From Candidatus Erginobacter occultus (GTDB lineage: Bacteria > Auribacterota > Erginobacteria > Erginobacterales > Erginobacteraceae): a stretch of DNA of 59,606 nt. Made by a program: the position numbers and the translations under genes. The notes below the pieces were generated by a model. That model was not told the origin of the DNA and did not search any database. It saw only the letters and a list, made by a program, of their open reading frames with translations. Numbering within the stretch: position 1 is the first letter of the stretch; each line of letters starts with the position of its first letter. Below are positions 52,732 through 59,606 of this stretch, in pieces. The DNA is taken from the NCBI GenBank assembly GCA_030765265.1, contig JAVCCZ010000040.1, positions 1 to 59,606 of the forward strand, in the 5' to 3' direction.

Positions 52732-54450
52732 CTATATCTCGCCGTTCTCCGGACAGGCAGGGTCCGGAGAACAAGAAGATCTGCCCGCGCAGCAAAATAC
52801 CGCCATCGTGAAGCCGCAACCGGTTTTGACAAACAGCGGCCGGGGTAGAAAAGGCTGATACTCGATATATCGATCGTTATCGAGAACCAGAATTACGCTT
52901 TCCCCCTTCGGTGTTTTCGCGAGCATTTCATTAAATTGCCTGAAGTTTATAAAACGCTTCCGGGCGTCCGGATACTGCAGGCCATACTCCAATTCCCCCT
53001 CCGACTCCAGGAGGATAATGTCGCTGCGATCGTAATACCAGCCAAGGGCAGAGATGCAGTAGTTGTCGGAAACCAGGATGGTCGAGGCAGTGATCCGGGA
53101 AACATTGTCCAAAAAGAATTTCTCCGGAGCCTTCCCGTCCAGCCCGATCTCCGGAAATATGAAATGACTGCTGAACATAAGCAGTACCGGGGCCGAGCAG
53201 AAAAGCACGATCTTTCGTCGAGGTTTGTTTTGCTTCACCGCCAGGAGCAGGAAAAGCGCCCAAACCAACAGCCCGTTGACGGCGATGACCAATTTCCAGA
53301 TTTCCATACCATTGAAGATTGCGGGGACCGGGGTGTCGAAGACTTCGATAACCGCCAAACCGGCCACCGCGGCAATTAATATCGTCAGCAGAAAAACGCT
53401 GCCGGCATTGAAGAGGCGACTTTTTCCCGCCTTCAGGTATTCCAGGATGCCGAGGCTCGCGATAATCGCCAGGGGCGGAAAGCAGGGCAGGATATACGTG
53501 ATGAGCTTGCCCCGCGACGCCGAGTAAAAAAGAAAGGAGGAAAGAAACCAGCAGACGGCGAAACGGGTAAGCGAACCCCGAAATCGGTTCCTGATCAGCC
53601 TGGATAATGCCGCGGGCAGGAGCGCCAGTCCCGGTAACGCCCCCACGATTATGACGGGAAGAAAGAACCAGATCGGCTCGGGATGCTGGGGGTCATTACC
53701 CATAAAGCGATTGATATGTTCGGTCCAGAAAAAATAGTGCCAGAAATCCCCCTCGCGAAAATGGATTGTCAGCCCCCAGGGCAGCGCCACCAGAATCGCG
53801 CAGGCGAGCGCTATCCAGCAGTCCCCGATAAATTCCCGCGCGCCCTTATTCCAGAATAAATAGGGGACGATCACGACGACCGGAAGCGCAAAGGCGAGGA
53901 AGCCTTTGGAGAGAAAGGCCAGTCCCAGGCAGACGCCGCCCAGGGCCATCCACATCTTTCTCCGGCCGGATTGATCGGCCGAAGAGGCGGCAAATAACGA
54001 GGCCAGGGTGACGGTTGTGAACAGAGAAAAAACGCCGTCGAGAATATTGGTGGTCCCGATCCCGAAGACTTCCAGAAAAGTGAGGTAAATTACCGCCGAA
54101 TAGATGCCCGCCCGGCGCCGCCGCCCGGCTCTCCAGACCAGCAGGCAGATGATCAACCCTGATATTCCCACCGCCAGGGCCGACGGGAACCGGATGGCGA
54201 AGGAATTTTTCCCGAAAAGCCCGATCGACGCCGCGGTCAGCCAGTAACCCAGTACCGGTTTCTCGAAATAGCGCAGGCCGTTGAGATGAGGAACCACCCA
54301 GTCCCCGGTAGCCAGCATCTCCCGGGGAATTTCCGCGTAGCGCGATTCGTCGGGGAGGATTATCGGGCGAACGCCCAGAGGGATAACGTAGAGGAAAAGA
54401 AACAGGGAGATAACTCCCGAAACGGATAAATAGACAATGCTTCTCTTCAC
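52732..54450 (-). CDS. ArnT-like lipid-linked sugar transferase (GT83 / PMT_2 family)
   Basis: PDESRYAEIPREMLATGDWVVPHLNGLRYFEKPVLGYWL signature and >10 TM segments. Visibly lower GC than the flanks. Confidence 0.82.
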   Translation of the reverse strand: MKRSIVYLSVSGVISLFLFLYVIPLGVRPIILPDESRYAEIPREMLATGDWVVPHLNGLRYFEKPVLGYWLTAASIGLFGKNSFAIRFPSALAVGISGLIICLLVWRAGRRRRAGIYSAVIYLTFLEVFGIGTTNILDGVFSLFTTVTLASLFAASSADQSGRRKMWMALGGVCLGLAFLSKGFLAFALPVVVIVPYLFWNKGAREFIGDCWIALACAILVALPWGLTIHFREGDFWHYFFWTEHINRFMGNDPQHPEPIWFFLPVIIVGALPGLALLPAALSRLIRNRFRGSLTRFAVCWFLSSFLFYSASRGKLITYILPCFPPLAIIASLGILEYLKAGKSRLFNAGSVFLLTILIAAVAGLAVIEVFDTPVPAIFNGMEIWKLVIAVNGLLVWALFLLLAVKQNKPRRKIVLFCSAPVLLMFSSHFIFPEIGLDGKAPEKFFLDNVSRITASTILVSDNYCISALGWYYDRSDIILLESEGELEYGLQYPDARKRFINFRQFNEMLAKTPKGESVILVLDNDRYIEYQPFLPRPLFVKTGCGFTMAVFCCAGRSSCSPDPACPENGEI

Positions 54451-54526
54451 CTCGCGAAACCTTCCCCGGATTTCTCCTCGGCGGCGGTCGTCAGGACTGG
54501 GATAACTGAACGGGCATCTTAGGCGA

Positions 54527-54558
54527 GGGAAGATGATGGAACAGTTACGGGAAGATTA
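54527..54558. promoter_or_regulatory. direct repeat GGGAAGATGA / GGGAAGATTA spaced 22 bp, 77-108 nt upstream of the ArnT-like start (candidate response-regulator box)
   Basis: The repeats at 54527-54536 and 54549-54558 match at 9 of 10 positions. The location between HK and the ArnT-like gene suggests a regulatory site. No binding data are available. Confidence 0.25.
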
Positions 54559-54643
54559 CCTTTTGGTCAGCAAGGGGCGCCAGGAGGCCGGGCGCACCGG
54601 TTCCTAAGCGGGTATCCCCGGACCGGAGAAAGGCTGGCGACCC

Positions 54644-56065
54644 TTATTCCCGGGAATCCGGGGAAGAAGGTCGGGGCAGGGTGATGGTGAATTCACTCCC
54701 CGTCCCGGGGTTACTCTCGACGGAGATATCCCCCCCGTGAGAGCGGATGATGGAGCGAGCCAGGCTGAGACCCAGCCCACTCCCTTCGCGAGTACGATTC
54801 TGCTGCCCGCGAAAGAATCGTTCGAAAATATGGGGCAATTCAGCGGGGGGGATTCCCATTCCGGTATCGCTGATGGAAATCCTTATCTGCTCCCCGCCGG
54901 CGTCGGCGGCCAGGACGACCGTCCCGCCGGCCCGGGTGTATTTAAGGGCGTTGTCCAGGAGATTGGCCAGAGCTCTCTGCATCTTGCGTATATCTCCCGG
55001 AATAATGATATCGGGCAGTGTCTTAACGGTGAGGACGATACTCTCTTCTTCGGCTACCGGCTGAAAAAGATCACCGGTTTCTTTCAGCATTTCAGAAATA
55101 TTGATCTCGGTGATATTGCTTTTTGCCACCCCGGCATCCATCTCGGAAATATCCAGCATGGTGTTGATCATCTGGAGCAGGCGGTCGCATTCCTCGACGG
55201 TGCTGCCGCCCATCGACCGATAATCTTCCACGGTATCTTTGCCGGCAAGCATTGTTTCCGCCAGGCCGCGGATTCGGGTGATGGGACTCCTGAGGTCGTG
55301 GGCGATATTGTCGTTCACCTCTTTCATCCCGGTGATCAGAGTTTGAATCCTATCCAGCATATCGTTGAAGATTTCGGCTAAATGATCGATCTCATCGCCG
55401 GTTCCTCTGACCGGAACGCGGTGCTTAAATCCCCCGCCGGTTATCCTGATCGCGGTTCTGGTAACCTCTTGTACTCCGCCCAGGGCCCGGCGACCCATAA
55501 ACCATCCAACGACAACCGTTACGGAGATGCCGAATAACAGTACGGCGACAAAGTTGCGCCAAAAGACTTCCATAAACTCCGCTTCCGCCCTGAGGGTCTG
55601 GCCTATCTCCATAATCACCCCGGGGCCGATCAGGGCGTGGATTATCCGGGTCATATGATGGTCCCCCGGAATGAATTCCGTCGTCCAAGCCACCTTCTTT
55701 CCCCCGGTCAGTTGCAACTGGCCGAGCTGCGGAAGATAGCTTCCCCATTCGGCCATATCTGATGAAGCCAGCGTCAAACCGGTGGGCGTGACCAGACGAA
55801 AGAATATTTTGTTGTCTCCGTGGGCAGTCTCCTCACGAATAATTTCGTCTTTTATCTCCTCGAGCCCCTCGGCAGCCAGCAGGACCCGGCTTTCTTCCGC
55901 TTCAGCCTCCAGGTAGTCGTCGATTCGCCCATAGATGTAGGAGCGGATCATGAAATAGAGCAGCGCAAAGAGGATCAGGGTCACCAGGGCAAAGACCCCG
56001 GCATACCACAGTGCCAGACGAAAGACCAGCGAACGCCGGAATTTAGTCATTCTCTTTAATAACAT
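54644..56065 (-). CDS. sensor histidine kinase (2 TM, periplasmic loop, HAMP, HisKA, HATPase_c)
   Basis: H-box IAHDLRSPITRI, N-box LLDNALKYT, and G-boxes DTGMGI and GSGLGLS. Confidence 0.9.
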   Translation of the reverse strand: MLLKRMTKFRRSLVFRLALWYAGVFALVTLILFALLYFMIRSYIYGRIDDYLEAEAEESRVLLAAEGLEEIKDEIIREETAHGDNKIFFRLVTPTGLTLASSDMAEWGSYLPQLGQLQLTGGKKVAWTTEFIPGDHHMTRIIHALIGPGVIMEIGQTLRAEAEFMEVFWRNFVAVLLFGISVTVVVGWFMGRRALGGVQEVTRTAIRITGGGFKHRVPVRGTGDEIDHLAEIFNDMLDRIQTLITGMKEVNDNIAHDLRSPITRIRGLAETMLAGKDTVEDYRSMGGSTVEECDRLLQMINTMLDISEMDAGVAKSNITEINISEMLKETGDLFQPVAEEESIVLTVKTLPDIIIPGDIRKMQRALANLLDNALKYTRAGGTVVLAADAGGEQIRISISDTGMGIPPAELPHIFERFFRGQQNRTREGSGLGLSLARSIIRSHGGDISVESNPGTGSEFTITLPRPSSPDSRE

Positions 56066-56720
56066 AACCGACTCCCCGAACGGTATGGATCAACTTCCTG
56101 GCAAATCCCTGGTCGATCTTCCCCCGCAAGCGATTCACCCTGACTTCAACCACGTTGCTCATCGGATCGAAATTATAGTTCCAGACGTGTTCCATAATCA
56201 TAGTTTTGGAAACCACTCTTCCGGTGTTCCGGAGCAGATACTCCAGGAGAGAAAATTCACGGGGCTGAAGTTCGATTTCCCGTTCCTCCCTCACCACTTC
56301 ACGTTTGATGAGATCCATAGTCAAATCGGCGACTTTGAGCACCGTGGTCTCGGGCGCTCCGCTGGCCCGGCGGATCAGCGCCTGCACCCGGGCCAATAAC
56401 TCGGAGAAGGCAAAGGGCTTGGGCAAGTAATCGTCGCTCCCCATTTGCAGGCCCTGGATGCGATCCTCGACGGAGCGCTTGGCGCTCAAGATGATAATCG
56501 GGAGGGATTTTTTGACGCGGCGCACTTTCTCCACCAGGGCTAAGCCATCCAGTCCCGGAATCATAATGTCCACAATCGCCGCGTCGTAGGATTCGGAGAG
56601 GGCGAGGTGCAGGCCATCTATGCCGTTGTCCGCCGGGGCCACCGCAAAACCCGCCTGGATGAGGCCCTGCGAGACAAATTTCGCGATTTTGATGTCATCC
56701 TCAACCAGAAGAATTCGCAT
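56043..56720 (-). CDS. OmpR/PhoB family response regulator
   Basis: MRILLVEDD, DAAIVDIMIPGLDG, and the winged-helix C-terminus VHTVRGVGY. ATG at 56718-56720 follows AAGGAGG. Overlaps the HK start. Confidence 0.92.
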   Translation of the reverse strand: MRILLVEDDIKIAKFVSQGLIQAGFAVAPADNGIDGLHLALSESYDAAIVDIMIPGLDGLALVEKVRRVKKSLPIIILSAKRSVEDRIQGLQMGSDDYLPKPFAFSELLARVQALIRRASGAPETTVLKVADLTMDLIKREVVREEREIELQPREFSLLEYLLRNTGRVVSKTMIMEHVWNYNFDPMSNVVEVRVNRLRGKIDQGFARKLIHTVRGVGYVIKEND

Positions 56721-56900
56721 CTCGTCCTCCTTCAACTTATCTTATCCGGCAGGAGAAACTGATCATACCATAGATGTCCGGGCCGGCGGCAAATTACCAA
56801 TTGATAATATCCACGTCATCTTATCGTCAGCTGAATTTGTTAGAAAAAGCCTCGTTATTCAGAAATCGGGTCTCCTCCACATTCGGCAGGCGGTGAGAAA

Positions 56901-57731
56901 TTGTCCGGAAGATCTCAAGTCCGAGTAAAAATATATCGGTTTATCTTCCTGGGAACGGTTCTCTCGGTACTGGAAGGTTGCGGCACCTTCCGCGACGGGG
57001 AAAACCTGATGTCAGACATAACCCTCTGCCCGGATTTGCCTCGCTTTCTCGCCGCGGCGCGGGAGGCCGCTCTTGATCCCGATACCTGGGCCCCGGCCAT
57101 CGGAGCCGGCATCATGTCGATCGATGACTGGGATGGAAAGGTTTCTACCTGGGCCTGCGGGCACCATCCGGTTTTCGGTTCCCGCCAGAAGGCCCTGGAT
57201 GCCAGTGATTGGCTCCGCGATGGACTCAGCTTCTGGTCATACATCACTACGGCATTCCCCCCCTATGAAGGGAACACTACCGCCAGGAAGGTGGGCAATA
57301 AGAGCATCGAATTGCTTGTTAATTTCGGCACCTTCGAAGCTGTCGGGGCGACTACCGATGGACTCAAGCGACTTACCGATCGGACCAGGCCCGATGGCTC
57401 GAACAGGATGAGTTTTCCTTCCGCGCACGCTTCTCGAGCTTTTACCGCCGCCGCCTTTGCCAGCGCTAATTTGCGGATCTCGCCTATGGCCGAACCTTAT
57501 GACGCCATCTTAGCTTATACCGGTCGCGGAGCTGCCTGGCTGACCGGCTGGGCGAGGATTGAAGGAGGAAAGCACTATCCCACGGATGTGCTGGCTTCGG
57601 CCTGCCTGGCTAATTTTTTCACGGTTTTGATCCATCGGACGTTCATCAGCCGGGAGAGAGAAGACAGTATAACCATCGCTGTCATCCCGATCGGAAGGGG
57701 CATCCAGTCTGTGATCCGGGTAAATTTTTGA
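56901..57731 (+). CDS. PAP2 (type 2 phosphatidic acid phosphatase) family protein, possible lipid A/undecaprenyl-PP phosphatase
   Basis: PAP2 motifs KRLTDRTRP, FPSAHAS and GGKHYPTDV. The start is uncertain: a TTG at 56901 gives a signal-like FIFLGTVLSVLEGC. Confidence 0.75.
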   Translation: MSGRSQVRVKIYRFIFLGTVLSVLEGCGTFRDGENLMSDITLCPDLPRFLAAAREAALDPDTWAPAIGAGIMSIDDWDGKVSTWACGHHPVFGSRQKALDASDWLRDGLSFWSYITTAFPPYEGNTTARKVGNKSIELLVNFGTFEAVGATTDGLKRLTDRTRPDGSNRMSFPSAHASRAFTAAAFASANLRISPMAEPYDAILAYTGRGAAWLTGWARIEGGKHYPTDVLASACLANFFTVLIHRTFISREREDSITIAVIPIGRGIQSVIRVNF

Positions 57732-57828
57732 TCCGACGGAAATAGATAGCCGCGGGAACCGTGGACGGGAGGATAGGGTCCGAAAAGTGGGGGTATCCCG
57801 GCCACGGTTTAAGCAGGTGTTTGATGTC

Positions 57829-58197
57829 TTATCTAATTTGATCTTCTACTGCTTTATTCAGAGTCTTTTCCGACTCTATTAGTTTTTTATATTTCGATTC
57901 TATTTTTTCTATGTCCCTGGATAGAATTGCTTTTAATAAATCGCCTTCCATTTCAGCAACGTCAATTCTGCGATAGTAATCCATAGTCTCTTTAAGATGG
58001 GCTATAACAATTCTACCTGTTAAGATCGGATGATTGTTTGTCACATTGGCATCATCAAATCGGGTGCCGTGTTCAAGTTCGACCTCCAATCCTTTCCGGA
58101 ACTCGACGAGAGGAATATCCATTGATTTCGTATTGACAATTGTAAGTATTTTGACCCCTTCTTCTTCAGAAATCGATCGGTCGGTTTTTCCGTCCAA
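57829..58197 (-). CDS. DUF5661-like protein (EF.KGLEVELEHG ... IAHLKE..DYY motif); the true 5' end may be the ATG at 58265 via a frame change
   Basis: LVEFRKGLEVELEHGTRFD...IVIAHLKETMDYYRRI, in a very AT-rich ORF. The family assignment is from memory of the motif and has not been searched. Confidence 0.55.
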   Translation of the reverse strand: MDGKTDRSISEEEGVKILTIVNTKSMDIPLVEFRKGLEVELEHGTRFDDANVTNNHPILTGRIVIAHLKETMDYYRRIDVAEMEGDLLKAILSRDIEKIESKYKKLIESEKTLNKAVEDQIR

Positions 58198-58417
58198 TCG
58201 ATCAACCCAATTGATTTGCAGATATTTTTTACCTCTTTGGTGGTAACGTATTCGGGCATATTCATAATTTTTTCCTTAAGTTTTTTGCATCTAAAGACCG
58301 CAAGCCGAAGACCCGGGCGCGCAGTTTGCTTTGACCCCCTATAGAGCCGCCGTCCCCGGCACCTCGATCCTGAGAATGGTTCTGATCCTTCGCGGGCGCG
58401 GATACAAATCCGCACCA

Positions 58418-58460
58418 AGACAAGGCCCCGCCCCGCATTTAGCGGGGCGGGGCCTTGTCT
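58418..58460. other. 19-bp perfect GC-rich stem-loop downstream of metK (AGACAAGGCCCCGCCCCGC ATTTA GCGGGGCGGGGCCTTGTCT)
   Basis: The arms are exact reverse complements. There is no clear U-tract on either strand, so its terminator status is uncertain. Confidence 0.6.
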
Positions 58461-58499
58461 ATCACAGACAGGGATATCTGCTGCCCCAGAGAGCCTGGG

Positions 58500-59606
58500 C
58501 TACAGGCCGGCGGCCTTCTTCAGCTCGTCCACCCGGTCGGTCTTCTCCCAGGTGAAGCCCTCGTCCTCCCGCCCGAAGTGCCCGTAGGCGGCGGTGGGGC
58601 GGTAGATCGGCCGGAGCAGGTCGAGCATCTCGATGATCCCCCGGGGCCGGAGAGCGAAAACCTCCCGGACAATCCTCACCAGATCGTCGTCGTCGAACTT
58701 GCTGGTGCCGTGGGCGTTGACGTAGACCGAGACCGGGTCGGCAACCCCGATCGCGTAGGCCAGCTGGATCTCGCAGCGGTCGGCCAGCCCGGCGGCCACA
58801 ATGTTCTTGGCGATGTAGCGGCACATATAGGATGCCGACCGGTCAACCTTGGAGGGGTCCTTCCCGGAGAAGGCTCCCCCGCCGTGGGGCGCCTCGCCGC
58901 CGTAGGTGTCGACGATGATCTTGCGGCCGGTCATCCCGGTATCGCACTGCGGGCCGCCGATCACGAACTTCCCGGTCCCGTTGACGATCCAGACCGTCTC
59001 CCCTTCCCGGAAATCATCCTTTAAGACCGGCTTGATCACCTCGTCGCAGATCGCCTGCTTCGCCTCCCGGGCCATCAATTCCCCGGTTGGGTCGAGGACC
59101 TCGGTGGTATGCTGGGTGGCAATCACCACCCGGGGTATGGCCACCACCTTTCCGTCCCGGTACTCCGCCGTCACCTGTGACTTCCCGTCCGGGCCCAACC
59201 AGGGGAGGATCTTCTCCTTGCGGACCTCGGCCAGCCTCCGGCAGAGACGATGGGCCATCATAATCGGGAGGGGCATCAGTTCCTCGGTTTCCCGGCAGGC
59301 GTAGCCGACCATCAATCCCTGATCGCCGGCGCCCTGTTCCTTATGTTCGCCTTTCCCCTCGGTCACCCCCTGGGAGATGTCCGGGGACTGGTGGCCGATG
59401 GCGTTGAGGATAGCGCAGCTCTTGTAGTCGAAACCGTAGCGGGGATCGGTGTAACCGATATCCTTGACCACCCCCCGGACCAGTTCCGGAACGTCGATGA
59501 AGGTGGTGGTGGTGATCTCCCCGCCGACAATCGCCAAACCGGCGGTGATGAAGGTCTCGCAGGCCACCCGGCCGGCGGGATCGTCGGTCAGGACTTTATC
59601 CAAGAC
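58500..59606 (-). CDS. metK: S-adenosylmethionine synthase, C-terminal ~370 aa (gene runs off the right edge)
   Basis: [49 protein letters not shown] and the C-terminal YGHFGR. Confidence 0.95.
   Translation of the reverse strand, partial: VLDKVLTDDPAGRVACETFITAGLAIVGGEITTTTFIDVPELVRGVVKDIGYTDPRYGFDYKSCAILNAIGHQSPDISQGVTEGKGEHKEQGAGDQGLMVGYACRETEELMPLPIMMAHRLCRRLAEVRKEKILPWLGPDGKSQVTAEYRDGKVVAIPRVVIATQHTTEVLDPTGELMAREAKQAICDEVIKPVLKDDFREGETVWIVNGTGKFVIGGPQCDTGMTGRKIIVDTYGGEAPHGGGAFSGKDPSKVDRSASYMCRYIAKNIVAAGLADRCEIQLAYAIGVADPVSVYVNAHGTSKFDDDDLVRIVREVFALRPRGIIEMLDLLRPIYRPTAAYGHFGREDEGFTWEKTDRVDELKKAAGL

Noticed and set aside
58266-58418. Upstream part of the 125-aa ORF 58041-58418 (MVRICIRAREGSEPF...)
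   Set aside because: It runs through the GC-rich stem-loop region and the island boundary, and has no RBS. The plausible start is the internal ATG at 58265.

Overview
This is a GC-rich chromosomal segment (by eye roughly 60-65% GC outside a few lower-GC patches) from a diderm, LPS-making bacterium. Taxonomy cannot be assigned from the sequence alone. I support about 60 protein genes and three minus-strand tRNA genes. Most protein genes lie on the minus strand in tightly packed operons, many with 4-nt ATGA stop/start overlaps.

Gene order, left to right:
- a thiC fragment, heptose/LPS-core genes (hldC, gmhA), a PFK-family kinase, pepP and aroQ
- dTDP-rhamnose genes (rmlD, rmlB, rmlA-like)
- an EPS/exosortase locus: GT2, priming sugar transferase, EpsI, exosortase, deacetylase, phosphoesterase and two secreted paralogues
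- a plus-strand six-gene operon, the most unusual content of the window (described below)
- a glycan-assembly cluster: three GT4 enzymes, a deacetylase, an LbH acetyltransferase, a Gfo/Idh/MocA oxidoreductase and Wzx
- the conserved ispG-rseP-dxr-cdsA-uppS block, then clpX-clpP-tig and the tRNAs
- a HAD hydrolase, hpt, a rubredoxin missing from the ORF track, and dnaJ
- a glgM-like/glgE pair, lptF/lptG and ahcY
- a lower-GC island: ArnT-like GT83, a two-component pair, a PAP2 phosphatase and an AT-rich DUF5661-like ORF
- a metK fragment

The six-gene operon encodes a LysM coiled-coil protein, a membrane-anchored FliG-domain protein, FlbD, MotA and two MotB paralogues. The FliG-domain protein has a FliF-like periplasmic module, a TM helix, Gly-rich linkers and FliG middle/C domains. 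No other flagellar gene lies within the 59.6 kb.

The intergenic DNA is conspicuously built from short, AT-richer tandem oligomers: YGATYAC heptamers, GGGGATT heptamers, ATCGSN hexamers and CCAATAT heptamers. It also contains at least two families of hairpin or TIR-type elements.

All functional calls come from reading motifs in the translations. No database search was run.
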